The notes: a model not told the origin generated them from the letters alone. A stretch of 64,000 bases of DNA from an uncultured delta proteobacterium (GCA_963810935.1 CAWEPK010000007.1:320001-384000); one strand, 5' to 3'; numbered from the stretch's first letter, positions 41,901 to 54,800 are shown. Numbers and translations: made by a program.

Positions 41901-42794
41901 CCTTCGGAAGAGCGAGCATAGCCTTCGCACTCTTCTTGGCGAGCTGGAGCTTAAGAACAGGGAGCTGGAGGACGCGTACAACGAGCTGAAAGAATCGCAG
42001 AAGAAAATCATCCAGCAGGAGAAGATGGCCTCCATTGGGCAGCTCGCCGCGGGGGTGGCGCACGAGATCAATAACCCGACGGCGTTCGTGATGAGCAACC
42101 TCCATACTCTGCAAAAGTACCTGGACAGGGTATACGAGTTCGTAAGCCTTCAGTCGGAGGCGGCAGGGGTGGGCGATGAGGCCAGGATTGCCATGTCGGA
42201 GACCGTCGCCGAGCGCAGGCGTTCCCTGAAGATCGATTATATCCTCGATGACTCGCGCAACCTCATCAGGGAATCGATCGAAGGCGAGGACAGGGTAAAG
42301 CGGATCGTACAGGACCTCAAGGATTTTTCCCGGATCGACGGTACGAACCGCACGCCGGCGGACATTAACAATATCCTCGAAACGACGCTCAACATAGTCT
42401 GGAACGAGTTGAAATACAAGGCGACGATCGCCAAGGAATACGGGGAGCTGCCGCCGGTCGTCTGCAACGCGGGAGAGCTGAGCCAGGTCTTCATGAATAT
42501 ACTTGTGAACGCCGCGCAGGCCATGGAAGACCACGGCGAAATCACTATCAGCACCAGTGGAGAGGACAAATACGTGCGGGTGGCCATATCCGACACGGGT
42601 TGCGGGATACCGCAAGCCCACTCGACAAGGTGTTCGAGCCTTTCTTCACTACGAAAGAGATAGGCAAAGGCACGGGCCTCGGCCTCTCCATTGCATACGA
42701 CATCGTCAAAAAGCATAATGGCGAGATCGACGTTGAAAGCCAGGTCGGCAAAGGGACGACGTTCGTGGTAAAAATCCCGTACAAGGAGATGTGA
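38934..42794 (+). CDS. CHASE + multi-PAS sensor histidine kinase (frameshifts ~39300, ~42615)
   Basis: ALEWIPRV and GNEAALGFDL CHASE motifs; about five PAS domains; GVAHEINNP; PFFTTK..GTGLGL. Confidence 0.88.
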
Positions 42795-42795
42795 G

Positions 42796-43749
42796 TTGGA
42801 AGGGGAGAAGGTACTTTTTCTGGACGACGAACGGAACGTTTTGAACTCGTTGAGCAGGTTGTTCATCGACGACGCGCTCGATATCCTGACGTTCACGTCC
42901 GGCCGGGAGGCTTTGGAGGCGATTAGAACGAGGGACGTCTCGGTAATCGTCTCGGACAACCTCATGCCTGAGATGAGGGGCATAGAGTTCCTGCAGCGGG
43001 CGAGGTACGTCTCGCCCGACAGCGTGAGGATCATGCTCACCGGCTACACCGACGTCCAGGCGGCAATCGATGCGATCAACAAAGGGGAAGTATATAAGTT
43101 CGTAATTAAACCGTGGGATGACGAAGAGCTCAGGAAGATTATTTTCGGCGCTGTCGACCGGCACAAAATGGTGCAGTCGATGAGACAGGCCGACGAGCAC
43201 GCGCTACAGTCCCTGGCGCAGACTATAGAGCTAAAGGACGCTTATACGAAGGGCCACTGCGAGAGGGTTGCCAAATACGCCCTGGCTATAGCGGGGGCGA
43301 TGGGCCTCGACGAAGACCTGAAGGAGAGTGTCAGGCGGGGAAGCTGGCTCCACGACTGCGGCAAGATAGGCGTGCCTGAAGCCATCCTTAACTATCCGGG
43401 TCCGTTGACAGACGACCAGATGGCGGTAATCCGGAAGCACCCTTGCTGGGGGGCCGATGTGGCTAAGGCGGCCTGTCTGTCGGAATCGGTCATAAGCATT
43501 ATCCGCTACCACCATGAGCGTTACGACGGGTCGGGCTATCCCGCAGGCCTGGCGGGAAACGATATCCCCCTGGAGGCCCGCATCGTCCATGTTGCCGATA
43601 TTTATGACGCATTGACATCTGCCCGGTCGTACCGGGACAGGATGAGCAAAGAAAAGGCCCTGGAGATCATGGCAAGCAACAAGGGGACATATTCCGACCC
43701 GCTGGTCGTAGACACATTGGTTCGCGTCCTGGAGCGGGAAGATGAGTGA
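42796..43749 (+). CDS. Response regulator with HD-GYP phosphodiesterase domain
   Basis: REC domain; YTKGH, LHDCGK and HHERYDGSGYP motifs. Confidence 0.92.
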   Translation: MEGEKVLFLDDERNVLNSLSRLFIDDALDILTFTSGREALEAIRTRDVSVIVSDNLMPEMRGIEFLQRARYVSPDSVRIMLTGYTDVQAAIDAINKGEVYKFVIKPWDDEELRKIIFGAVDRHKMVQSMRQADEHALQSLAQTIELKDAYTKGHCERVAKYALAIAGAMGLDEDLKESVRRGSWLHDCGKIGVPEAILNYPGPLTDDQMAVIRKHPCWGADVAKAACLSESVISIIRYHHERYDGSGYPAGLAGNDIPLEARIVHVADIYDALTSARSYRDRMSKEKALEIMASNKGTYSDPLVVDTLVRVLEREDE

Positions 43750-45058
43750 AACGCCGCAAAAAGAAAAACTCAACGTCCTCTTCGTCGATGACGAGGTCAA
43801 CGTGCTGCGCTCCCTGTCGAGGCTTTTCGCGGATGAGGAATACGGCGTTATAACGGCAGAGTCGGGAACGGAGGGCCTCGAAATCCTGAAACGGACGGAG
43901 GTAGGCGTAGTCGTTTCCGATCAGTCGATGCCCCGGATGAAGGGCGTCGAGTTCCTCGAGCGGGTAAAGGAGACATGGCCCGATACCGTAAGGATCGTCC
44001 TGACAGGCCAAGCGGACCTGACAGCCACAATCGATTTCATAAACAGGGGCGGGGCTTACCAATACATAGCTAAGCCATGGGACGATGACAACCTGATCGC
44101 CGCAGTGCGGAGGGCTGCCGAAAAATACAGGCTGGTCAAAGATAACAGGTCCCTCACGGAGCTTACGCGAAAGCAGAACGACGAGCTGGCAAGATGGAAC
44201 AGGGAGCTTGAGATCTACGTACAGGAGCAGACTGTCGATCTGACCGAGAAGAACAAGGAGTTGGTCCGGGCAGGCGACAGGCTCAAGAAGAACTTTCGCG
44301 ATTTCATCGTCACCATATCGAGCCTGATCGAGCTTCGCAACACCAATATAATAAATCACTCGAATAATGTCGCCGCAGTGGCGCGGGAGATGGCAAGGCA
44401 GATGGGGCTGGCCTATGAAGATGTCGAAGACATAGCTATTGCCGCGCAGCTCCATGACGTGGGTAGAATCGCCGAGGCCGACGCAATCCTGTTGAAGCAG
44501 GCCAACGAGCTGACCCCTGACGAAATGTCGGAATACAGGAAACACCCGGTGCGCGGACAGGCGGCGATACATTCGAACGAGCCATTGGCCAGGGCCGGAA
44601 CCTTCATCAGGAGCCACCACGAGTGGTTCGATGGAAGCGGCTTCCCGGACGGCCTCAAAGGGGACGGGATACCCCTGGGCGGGCGCATCGTCTCCATAGC
44701 GGACAAGTACGACAGGATGCTGCAGGACCGCACTGCCGGGCTTGCCCTCGAAGAGCTATCGAAGCTTAGGGGCGTGCAGTTCGATCCAAGCCTTTATCAC
44801 CCGTTGGAAGACGCCGTGATGGTTCTTGAAAGCGCGCGGTCGCAGAACCGGGGCGTTGAGAAAAAGCTCGCTACCGGAGAGCTGGCCCCGGGGATGATAG
44901 TATCGAGGGAGGTAAGGAGCGGCACAGGCATTCTGCTTTTTTCGGAAGGCGCGGTCCTTAACGCATACAGAATCAATTTGCTTCTCAGGCATTTTACCCT
45001 GGACCCTCCGGCCTCCAGGGCCGTCTACATACGGATGCCGGAAAATCAGCCTGCGTAA
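43742..45058 (+). CDS. Response regulator with HD-GYP-like domain
   Basis: REC domain; LHDVG and HHEWFDGSGFP motifs. Confidence 0.9.
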   Translation: MSETPQKEKLNVLFVDDEVNVLRSLSRLFADEEYGVITAESGTEGLEILKRTEVGVVVSDQSMPRMKGVEFLERVKETWPDTVRIVLTGQADLTATIDFINRGGAYQYIAKPWDDDNLIAAVRRAAEKYRLVKDNRSLTELTRKQNDELARWNRELEIYVQEQTVDLTEKNKELVRAGDRLKKNFRDFIVTISSLIELRNTNIINHSNNVAAVAREMARQMGLAYEDVEDIAIAAQLHDVGRIAEADAILLKQANELTPDEMSEYRKHPVRGQAAIHSNEPLARAGTFIRSHHEWFDGSGFPDGLKGDGIPLGGRIVSIADKYDRMLQDRTAGLALEELSKLRGVQFDPSLYHPLEDAVMVLESARSQNRGVEKKLATGELAPGMIVSREVRSGTGILLFSEGAVLNAYRINLLLRHFTLDPPASRAVYIRMPENQPA

Positions 45059-45072
45059 AGAGGCCGGCCCGA

Positions 45073-47680
45073 TTAATCTGTCTCTTCAATTGCCCTGGCT
45101 ATCGCCTGGAACATTTCCTTGCGCGAGAGCGGCTTCAGGACGCACTCCCTGATGCCTGCCTCTTTCGCCTTTTCCGGCGTCACCGCCTCGCTGTACCCCG
45201 TGCAAAGTATGACCGGGATCTCTTTCCTCATGGCTATCGCTTTTTTTGCCAAGGCCAGCCCCGTTATTTTCGGCATGGTCTGGTCCGTGATGATGAGGTC
45301 GAAGCGGTGCGGGTCCGCGGTGAAGGTCTTTAATGCCTGGCCGGGCTCGGTGAAGGCGGTCACGCGCCACCCGGCGCGCTCCAGCATCGCCTTCGATATC
45401 TCCATGACGCCAGGCTCGTCATCGACGAAGAGCACGTGGCCTTTTTCCGAGGTGTCGGGCTTTACTTCTTCCGCCTCTGCCGGCGCATCTTTTAGCAAAG
45501 CGCCGCTTTGCGGAAAGAGCACGGTGAAGACCGCGCCCTTGCCCGGCTCGCTCTCGACCGCGATCGCACCGCCGCAGCCCTTAACGATGCCGTAAACGAC
45601 GGCAAGCCCCATACCTGTCCCTTCGCCCTGTTCCTTTGTCGTGAAGAAAGGATCGAACATCCGCTCCCGCACCTGTGGGGTGATGCCCGTGCCCGTGTCC
45701 CTGACGGTTAGTTTTACGTACCTCCCAGGCTTGACGTCGTCGTAATAAAGGGAATTGCGGCCGCTCACCGTCGAAAGGCGGATCGACAGCTTCCCGCCTT
45801 TCTCCCTCATGGCATGAGCCGCGTTGCTCGCCAGGTTGACGACGACCTGCTCGATCCGGGAAGGCTCGACCTCTACCGTGGCCTCTTCCATGGCCTGTAC
45901 CTTCGAGCTCTATGTCGATGGTGCTCGGGAGCGACCCCCGAAGCAGCTCATAGACGTCCCGGAGGACGGGCGCTATGGCCGCGGATTTTCCCTTCCCGCT
46001 GTCTTTCCTCGTGAATGTGAGGATCTGCTTGATCAAATCGCGGGACCGCTTCGATGCGCCGAGTATCTGCGTGATGTTGCGGCGCGTCGCTTCATCGATG
46101 ACCCCGTCGAGCGCCAATTCTGCGTTCCCGATGATGACGGCCAGCATGTTGTTGAAGTCGTGGGCGATGCCCCCCGCCAGGGTGCCGACGGCCTCCAGCT
46201 TGTGGGTCTGGCGGAGCTGCTCTTCCATCTGTATCTGATCTGTAATGTCGCGAGCTGCCGCAAATACGCCGAGGACATTCCCGGCGTCATCACGATAAAC
46301 CGACGCGTTATAGAGCACCTGAGTAACGTGCCCGTCCTTGCGCTTTATCTCAAGCGGATAGTCCCGCACATAGCCTTTATCAAACACCCTTCGATAGCCT
46401 GCCCGCGCTTCCTCCGGATCGGTAAAGTAGTCGGAGAAGTCCGTGCCTATCAGTTCGCCCCTTGCTCTGCCTGTGATCGATTCTGTTGCCGCGTTCACGT
46501 CGCCTATCTTTCCTTCCGTCGTGATTGTGACGAGCGGGTCGGGGCCCGCCTCGATAAGGCTACGGTTATAGACGTAGGCCGATTGCAAGGCGCGCTCCGC
46601 CTGCTTCCCTTTCGTAATGTCGAGGTTTATCTCCATCACGGCCGACGGCGTGCCTGCATCGTCTCTTTGCAGCGCCCAGCGGCTCAGGACCGTGATGCGG
46701 TGTCCGTTCTTCGTCGTGTGGATAAGCTCCCCTTCCCATCGCTCTTCCTTGTTCACCTCGCGCATCAGGTCGGCGAGTGGGGCCGGGAACTCGGTCTTAA
46801 GAAGCATATCCGGGGCTTTGCCCAGGGCCTCTTCTTTCGTAAAGCCGTACATTTCTTCGGCCCCACGATTCCAGAAGGTTATCCTGTTCTCCATGTCCCG
46901 GACCAAAATGGCATTATGCGCAAGATCGAGCAGACTTGCCTGTCGCTGAAGGATTTTCGTCCTCTCCCGAACGCGCTGCTCAAGCTTGCCGCGTGAGCGG
47001 CGCAACGCCTCCTCCGCCCGCTTGCGCTCTTCGATCTCCCCGCGGAGCAGGTCATTCGTCCACAGCAGCTCGGCGGTCCGCTGCGCGACCTTCTCCTCAA
47101 GCTCGTCATGGGCCTTGCGCAGCGCGTTTTCGGCAGATACCCTCCGGGAGATGTCCGTTGCCACGAGGCACGTCCTCGGCAGGCCCCCGATCGCCTGGAT
47201 GCTCCCTGAAAGCTGGACGAACACTTCTTCCCCGCTTTCGGTGACTAAGGCCATCTCGTCGGAATGATTTGCAGGGTCCTTCAGGAAGGAGGCAAGCCTG
47301 CCCCGGTGGGCGGGTGATACGAAGTTGCTGAACTTGGCGCCGATCACGGTCTCCATGCGCCTTTTCAGCATGTCGGCAAAGACACCGTTCGCGTAGAGCA
47401 CCGTGCCTGCCCGGTTGAGCGTGACCGTCCCGGCGTTCATCGTCTCCACGATCTGCCGGTAAGGCAGGTCGGGCGATTCCAATGTGTAGATTTTGGGCCG
47501 GTTCTCCGCCGACACGATGATTGCGTCGACCTCGCCGTTCCTTATTGCGTTGAGCGCCTGTTCTGCCTCCTGGAGGCGCAGGCTCAAGGTCTCGTTCTTA
47601 TATTCAAGGTTCTCCGGGCCTGTCGACAAGAGTTCCTCCTTCCAGCCTTCGTTCGTGCTCGCGGTCTTATCCGAACGCAT
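45073..47680 (-). CDS. Cytoplasmic PAS x3 hybrid histidine kinase in the kai operon (frameshift ~45895)
   Basis: GEVDAI..PYR..VETMN.G PAS, GIAHDFNN, HATPase and REC across two ORFs. Confidence 0.88.
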
Positions 47681-47730
47681 AGGCCGGACCAACCGGCAGC
47701 CAATTCAACTTTACTTTGTGATATCGGCGG

Positions 47731-48084
47731 CTAAGCCGTTTCCTTGTCCTTTGCCTTGACGTCCAGGCCGACAAGGACTTTCTCAACGTCCGTCATGTCG
47801 CCGATGAGCTTGCGCAGGGGAGGGGGCAGTTTCTTGATGAGCGTGGGGGCGGCGATGATCTGCTCTCCCGCAGCGAGCACCGGCTTCTGATAAATGTCGA
47901 TTACTTCCAGGTCGTAGCGGCCCTGGAGGTGTTCCTCGCATATCCTCTTCATGTTCTCTACGGCGCGGCTCGATCTGGCCGACGCGCCCGCGATATAGAG
48001 GCGCAGGACGTAACCCGCCTTCTTCGATCCCCTGGCCGCCTTCTCGAATATCTCGACGTCGCCCTTCGGGTCTTGCTTTTTCAT
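47731..48084 (-). CDS. kaiB: KaiB family protein (second copy)
   Basis: [25 protein letters not shown] and [18 protein letters not shown] motifs. Confidence 0.93.
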   Translation of the reverse strand: MKKQDPKGDVEIFEKAARGSKKAGYVLRLYIAGASARSSRAVENMKRICEEHLQGRYDLEVIDIYQKPVLAAGEQIIAAPTLIKKLPPPLRKLIGDMTDVEKVLVGLDVKAKDKETA

Positions 48085-48428
48085 CTGGTCCTCTGTTGCC
48101 TGGGTTTTACGGGCTTCAGATCAAGCCCGACGAGCACGCGCTCGGTATTCGATAAATCGCCTATGATCTTCTTTAAAGGGGTAGGCAGCTTCCGGACGAG
48201 CGTCGGCACAGCTATGATCTGGTCGTCCAGCGCGAGCTTCGGGTGCTTCGCCAGGTCGATTATCTCCAGGCGGTACCTGGCGGAAAGGTGCTCCTCGCAT
48301 ATCTTCTTCAGGTTCTCGAACGCTGCGACCGAGTGGGGAGTGGTCCCCAATATGTAAAGGCGCAGCTTAAATATATCGCCGCCCTGTTTTTGCGCCTTGG
48401 CCGCCGCCGCCTTCTTTTTAACGGGCAT
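48081..48428 (-). CDS. kaiB: KaiB family protein
   Basis: [11 protein letters not shown] and [24 protein letters not shown] motifs. Confidence 0.93.
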   Translation of the reverse strand: MPVKKKAAAAKAQKQGGDIFKLRLYILGTTPHSVAAFENLKKICEEHLSARYRLEIIDLAKHPKLALDDQIIAVPTLVRKLPTPLKKIIGDLSNTERVLVGLDLKPVKPRQQRTR

Positions 48429-50139
48429 CTTTCAGCTCTCTGTCGGCCCGCCGGCGCACCGCCATCTCCTTCCGTTGCTGCTGTATCATGGCCAACCGCC
48501 TTTTCTCCTCCTGCTCGATCTTCCTGATCTCCTCTTCGTCCGCCTCTATGCCCGCCCTTATCGCCGCCAACTGCGCCTCGGCAACGGCACGCTTGCGCTC
48601 AAGCTCGCGCCGCCTGCGCCCCGTCTCGTTCTCCAGCTCCGATTCGGATGCCTTCTCCCTGGCCTCCTGTTGCGCGCGGGCGGAGCCGGTGAGCACCCCC
48701 GCCGGGCCGATATAGACGTCTTCGAGGGCTATGCCCTTGTCTGTGAGGCGGAATTCGCGCACCTGGTTCGAGTGCGCCATGCCGCGCGACTTGAGGACCC
48801 ACAGGCCCCGGTTGCGCTCGCCGTTCGATTCGATGTCGCGGAGCACGAGCCATGTATCCATAAGGGAGGAGAGGCCTATCTCCGTCCGCTCCTGGCTGCC
48901 CCCGCCCGCCGTAAGGTTGGTGAATACGGCCGTGATCTGCTCCATCTTGAGGAAATCGATGAGGCGCGTAAGCATCGATTTTACCTCTTTCTCGTTCCCC
49001 ATGCCGATGAGGTTGGATATCGGGTCAACGACGATTACCGACGGCTTATGGGTCTCGACCATGCGGTGCATCGTCGTCAGGTGCGACTCGAGCCCGAAAA
49101 CGGTCGGCCGCGCCGCCTCGAGCAGGAGGAGGCCCTTGTCGATACAGGGCTGGAGGTGGACGCCTATCGACGACATGTTCCGCACGAGCTGGCTTTGCGA
49201 TTCCTCGAAGGCGAAGTAGAGAGCGCGCTCTTTGCGCTCGCAGGCCGCCTTTACGAAGGCGGCGCAGATGCTCGACTTACCGGTGCCCGCCGTCCCCGAG
49301 ATGAGGACGGAGCTGCCGCGGTAAAACCCCTTGCCCTCGAACATCGCGTCGAGGCGCGGGATGCCGGTCGAGACGCGCTGTCTCGATGCGACGTGCCTGA
49401 GGCCCAAAGAGGTGACGGGCAGCACGCTGATGCCGCGATCGCCTATCAGGAACGGGTATTCGTTCGTCCCGTGGGACGAGCCCCGGTACTTGATTACGCG
49501 CATGCGCCTGGTCGATAGCTGATCGGTCACGCGGTGGTCGAGGACGATCACGCAGTCTGCCACGTATTCTTCCAGGCCGTGGCGGGTGAGGGTATCCTTG
49601 CCCCGCTCGCCGGTGATGACCGCCGTTACGTTCTTCTCTTTCAGCCATCGGAAAAGGCGGCGCAATTCCGCGCGTATGATCATCTCGTTCGGCAGGCCGG
49701 CGTAAAGCGCCTCTATCGTGTCGAGGACAACGCGCTTTGCTTTGATCGTGTCTATGGCGTAGCCGAGGCGGGCGAAGAGGCCGGAGAGGTCGTATTCGCC
49801 CGTCTCCTCTATCTCGCTCCGCTCGATATGTACGTAGTCCACGAGGAGCTTTTTCTGCCTGGCAAGCGTGGCGAGGTCGAACCCGAGGGACTTCACGTTC
49901 TGCGCCAATTCCTCGGCGGTTTCCTCGAAGGCCATGAAGACGCCGGGCTCGCCGTAGTCGTTCGCCCCATGGACGAGGAACTCCATCGCCATCAATGTCT
50001 TGCCGGAGCCCGCCGGGCCGGTCACGAGCGTGGGCCTGCCTTTCGGAATGCCTCCGCCGGTGATCTCGTCAAGTCCGTTTATACCTGTGGGTGATTTCGG
50101 AAAAACGTTTTTGCGGGTTGTTTTTACGGGCCTATCCAC
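48418..50139 (-). CDS. kaiC: Double-domain KaiC with C-terminal coiled-coil extension
   Basis: Two P-loops ([16 protein letters not shown]), FEE motifs, [23 protein letters not shown] and VLTGSAR. GTG start at 50139. Confidence 0.95.
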   Translation of the reverse strand: MDRPVKTTRKNVFPKSPTGINGLDEITGGGIPKGRPTLVTGPAGSGKTLMAMEFLVHGANDYGEPGVFMAFEETAEELAQNVKSLGFDLATLARQKKLLVDYVHIERSEIEETGEYDLSGLFARLGYAIDTIKAKRVVLDTIEALYAGLPNEMIIRAELRRLFRWLKEKNVTAVITGERGKDTLTRHGLEEYVADCVIVLDHRVTDQLSTRRMRVIKYRGSSHGTNEYPFLIGDRGISVLPVTSLGLRHVASRQRVSTGIPRLDAMFEGKGFYRGSSVLISGTAGTGKSSICAAFVKAACERKERALYFAFEESQSQLVRNMSSIGVHLQPCIDKGLLLLEAARPTVFGLESHLTTMHRMVETHKPSVIVVDPISNLIGMGNEKEVKSMLTRLIDFLKMEQITAVFTNLTAGGGSQERTEIGLSSLMDTWLVLRDIESNGERNRGLWVLKSRGMAHSNQVREFRLTDKGIALEDVYIGPAGVLTGSARAQQEAREKASESELENETGRRRRELERKRAVAEAQLAAIRAGIEADEEEIRKIEQEEKRRLAMIQQQRKEMAVRRRADRELKDAR

Positions 50140-50750
50140 TCTACACCCCCCTCTCCCTCCATCGTTCTGGAGGGGCGTCAGTCGGATTTGTACGGCTTTT
50201 GGCGCGAATGCCGGTCCGATAAATTTACCGATTGAAATTACCCCAGCAGGCGGCATAAGTCAAGGATATTCCGGCCCCGGCACTAACGATGCAGGGTCGG
50301 CTGCCATAACCGGGGCAGCGGCGAATTGATGACAGAGCATCTGTTCAACGTCGTAGCGCCTTAAGGGTGTGGGGCGAAAGACTTCGCCTCGTTGTTGAAA
50401 TAGGGGACCAGGTTTTGTTGATTCTTTTGCCGGGAGAGATGTGCCCGGAAAGGGCCATTAGACAAACGTTCTTCCGGGGTTAGGCCGATTTCTCTTGACA
50501 CCATTGTCATACTTTATTAAACTAGTTAACCTGATAAAAAACCTCGGGTGAGTGCGGACCAAAGGAAACGGTATGCTGCACCCCCTGAAGACGTGAAAGC
50601 TCCCTGTTAGGGCCCTGAAAGGAGCGCATGCGGGCAGCGAACGGGCGCTCCGCCGGTTTCGCCGGGGAGGCATCGACCTATGGCCGCCGGACGTATGCTG
50701 CGCACCGGACGGGCTGGAGGTATAAGGTGGACGGAGGCGGGAAAACCGCT

Positions 50751-52150
50751 ATGGAAGATCTGAGCGAGGGCATTGCACTTCTGAAGGGCGAGTTGTTCGC
50801 CAACCCCGAATTTTTACGGATGCTGGGGTGGGCCGCTACCGGTGCGGATGCATCGGCCGACGCAGCCTGCGGGCCGGGCAGCCGGGGCCTTGCGGACATA
50901 AAGGCCATTCTTCAGAGCGGGGCCGCCCGGTTCGAGACAACGGGCGTGGCCAAGGACGGCACGCAGTCACGCATCGAGGTCTCCATTACGGCCGTCCCGT
51001 CTGACGGGCCTGCCTATCTCGTATGCGTCAGGGACGTCACCGACCGCAAAAAAGCTGAGAGCGACAGGGCCGTTCTGGAGGCGCGCCTTCAGAGGTCCGT
51101 CGAGGGCTTCGGCGCGTTCGCGGGTAAGCTTTCGCACGACGTCGGCAACAGCCTCATGGCGCTCATGGGGTACGCCAGCCTCCTGAAATCGAGCACCGGC
51201 GACGACAAACTGAAAAGATACGCCGACCTGATCATCAATGCCTCGGAGACTGCGGCCGGCTTCGTCCGGACATTCGGGGACGCGGGCGCTGAAGCGGCCT
51301 CTTTCGCGCCGCTCGACCTGAACGACGCGGCAATGGGCGCGGCAAAGACGCTGCTCGCCGGAGGGGGCCGGATGAGCGTCAAGCTCGCAGGCGAGCGCCT
51401 CGTCGTATCGGCGGACGCCGCGCAGCTCACGGAGGCGATAGTCTGCCTCGCCGGGGATTTACAGGATACGCCGGGGAAGACGCAGTTGCGGATAGAGACG
51501 GGCATTGCCGCCGCGCCTGCGGACGGGCAGGGCTCGGAGAGCGCGGAGCGCGCCTGGGGGATGCTCTCGATCTCCTACACAGGCGAAGGCGCAGGCGCAA
51601 GTCCGGCACAGGCCGGCCGCGCCGATGCAGCCATGCGCCTTTCCGCTGCCTACGCGACACTGAGGCGCCACCGTTGCCGGATAGCGTTTTCGGGCGCGGA
51701 GTGCGCATTTATTTCCCGCTCGCGGTAGAGAGCAGGCGCGCGGAAACTTTGGAAGCGGGGCCGGTTGCCGAAAGTCCCCAGGATGTACTCCTACTGGCGG
51801 ACGACGACACGGCCGCGCGCAGCGCGACTGCGGAGGTCCTTCGCGAAGAAGGATACGGCGTGCTGGAAGCCTCCGACGGCGAAGAGGCGATCGATACGTT
51901 TACGGATAACAAGGAGATCGTGAAGCTCGTCCTGCTCGATATGGACATGCCGAAAAAGAACGGGAAAGAGGTTTACGAGTTCCTGAAGAAGGCGCACCCC
52001 GGCGTGCGCGTCTTGTTCATCACAGGCCGGGCCAAAGAGGCCATCGTGGGGCGGGCCGCGAAGGACGGGCAGACAGGATTTGTCCAGAAGCCCGTATCGC
52101 CAACTGCACTCCTCGCCAAAATCAAAGAGATGTTGGCATCTCGGGCTTAA
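50751..52150 (+). CDS. Degenerate PAS-HisKA-(HATPase)-REC protein (frameshift ~51700)
   Basis: H-box LSHDVGN is present, the N/G1/F/G2 boxes are eroded, and the REC domain (LLDMDMP) is intact; start uncertain. Confidence 0.6.
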
Positions 52151-52363
52151 CTATTGACAAACATTGCAATAATGATATCATTCTCTATCCTTACGACAAT
52201 ATGTATCCGGGTACATCCGGAAGGTAAAGAACTGTAGAGCTATGGCATTGCTTCCTCTTTCTTCTCTCCCTCCTCCTTCCAACGGCTCCCGTCCTTTTCC
52301 GGCACGTCCGCACGCCTGGAAGACCCGGCCCGGGGTTGCTACTAACGAGAGGTCAAACCCCCA

Positions 52364-53630
52364 ATGACAAAAGACGATTTCCCGCTGAGGTCGGCAGCGG
52401 AAGAATTGCTGCGAATGAAACCGGACATGTACCTCGACGAGATGGAGAGAAGCGTGGGCGTGATGTTCCACGAGCTGCGCCTGCACAAGATCGAACTGGA
52501 GATGCAGAACCAGAACCTGATCGAGATGCAGCAGGTGGTCGAGGAGACCCGGACAAAGTATGCCCGGTTCTTTGAGTCATCGCCCGTAGCCTGCTTCATT
52601 GTCGATACGGCAGGGGTGGTCCAGGACTTCAATGCTGCGGCCATGTCTTTCCTGTCGGTCAGGAATAAGAAATTTCTTCTCCGCACGCCGTTCTCGCTGT
52701 GCGTTGCGCCGGAATCGAAGCGCGCCTTCCTCGACCTCCTCTACAAGATGAGAAAAGGCTCGGATAAAGAGACCTGCGAGGTTTTTGTGAGGAGGCGCGA
52801 AGGCAAGCCTGTTTGCGCGGTCCTCTGCGCCCAGGCGCTGCGGCGTTCCCCCGGCGAGGCGATTTGTCACATAGCCCTTATCGATATAACGGCGAGGCGG
52901 GAAGCTGAGGAGCAGGAACGGAAGCGGAGCGAGAATCACAGGATGGACGCCCTATTGACGATGGCGGGCGGCATCGCCCATGAAGTCAACAATGCCCTCG
53001 CTATTATCATGGGTTATGCAGAGATGGCCCTGGAGGACGCGGAGGATAAGAAGGTACGGCAAAGCATGGGCCACATCCTTAAAGCCGCCATAAGGGTGCG
53101 CGAGACGACGAAGGCGCTGATCTCCTTCAGCCGCCAGAAGAATGTGAGCAAGGAAAAGATCGATTTGTGCGAGGTGGTCGGGAAGGCCGCCGGTAAATTC
53201 GAGGCGTCGACGGCGAGTGCTGTCCGGATATCGATGCGCCTGGGCGATACGCTGCCTGCCGTCCTCGCCGATGCGGCAAAAATAGAGCAGACTAGTGACG
53301 AACCTCTGCGCCAACGCTGCGGCAGCCGTCCGGGAGACGGGGGGAGAGATCGAGATAAGCATCGAGAGGGCGGAAGCGGGGAAACTGCCCGCCGGGTTGA
53401 AAAAGGGGCGGTACATCCTTCTCAGAGTGCGGGATACGGGGAAGGGCATCGAGGAGAAGATTATCCATCGCGTCTTCGAGCCCTTCTTCACGACGAAGGC
53501 GTCGGGCGAAGGCCTGGGCCTGGGGCTTTCCGTGGCCTACGGCATAGTGAAAAAGCACGACGGTCAGATTGACATAGAGAGTGAGGAGGGGAGGGGGACG
53601 ACGGTCAGTGTATACCTCCCCGAAGGGTAG
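52364..53630 (+). CDS. PAS sensor histidine kinase (frameshift ~53290)
   Basis: HEL..H.IELEMQN coiled coil, GIAHEVNN, DTGKG and PFFTTK motifs. Confidence 0.88.
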
Positions 53631-53640
53631 TTGGGTGGGT

Positions 53641-53765
53641 GGGCCCGGTTAATTTTGCGGCCTTCGCGTCGTTTTTCTCGGCGCGAGTCCTCACGTACAC
53701 AAACCGTACGCTCCGGCTCTCGCCTTCGAAAAACAACGCGAATTCCATCAAAAGTTCCTCCGGCC
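53641..53765 (+). repeat. Repeat family A copy (short form)
   Basis: Starts about 10 nt after the stop at 53630. Confidence 0.85.
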
Positions 53766-53812
53766 GCTCGGTGAGCAAAAGCTAATTCATTTACCCTGGT
53801 GCACGGCCATTA

Positions 53813-54800
53813 TTAGATCAACACCATCAGGTGCGAGATAAATTTGTTGAGTCCCACCAACGTGCCGATCGCCTTGCCCCACCTGATTTCGTAGTGCGGC
53901 GTCAGCGTGCACCCGTACTTCCTTTGAAACGCCTCCAGCCTCGGCAATTGCGTCCCTTGCGTATCCAGCTCCTTCAGGCCCAGCTCCCCGGAGGCGTACT
54001 TTATCATCTCCCACCACGCCAGCGGCGAAGCCCCGCCGTTGCTGTCATCGCTGAATCCCCCCATCAGCGCGTATATCCTGTGCTCGTCCCAGACCGCGCA
54101 GATCGCCGACAGACTCTTTTCCGTCTTTGTCGACCGAAAGGAACATACGGCACTGCTTGCGCCTTTCCAGCTCGTCGAGGTACGCCCGCGCCTCCTCGGT
54201 CCGAAACCGCATCCCCTGCCTTTCGTACGACTGAGCGATCACCAGCATGATCCTGTCGGTCGAGGCGTCCGTCAGCACGCGCACGCCCGCCGCCTTCGCG
54301 CCCCTTATGGCCTGCCGCCTCTGCTGGTGCAGGCCCTGCCAGACCTGCTCCGTGTCGCCGATATCAAGGCGGTACGTGTACCACGGCCGCACGACGAAAT
54401 CGTCCCAGATGAAGGGGAGCATACAATCAACGCCGGGGGCGAAGAGCGCGATCCCCCAGGAATACTTTTCCGGCAGGAACTTGGCAAACGAGGAGGCCAC
54501 TTCCTGCTGGAACGATATCTGGTGGACGAGGCTGCCTTCCGGCTTTTTGACTACGAAGCCGGAATAGAACGTCATGAAGGGGGCGCCCGCCATGTGCATC
54601 CCCAGGATGTTTTTGCGCGAGGCTACGTATCCGCCGACGAGGTTCCCCGACCGGTACGCGCCCCAGAGGTCGAACGGCCTGCCTGACGCCTTCAGCCAGT
54701 ACGACTTATGGAAGATGGTGCCGTTATCGGAGATTGAGACGAATTTATCCCAGGAATCGTAATCGTTCTCGCCGATAGCCGCGATCTCGACGTGCTTCAT
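53813..54800 (-). CDS. GNAT/FemAB-like acyltransferase (frameshift ~54100)
   Basis: WDKFV....GTIFH..WL; TYRLD; R.AIR.A...G; GAS..L.WE.I; F.RKYG. Confidence 0.75.

Noticed and set aside
34051..46996. Long antisense ORFs (e.g. 34051-36027, 40561-42621, 45824-46996)
   Set aside because: Shadow frames of GC-rich kinase genes, with no recognisable motifs.
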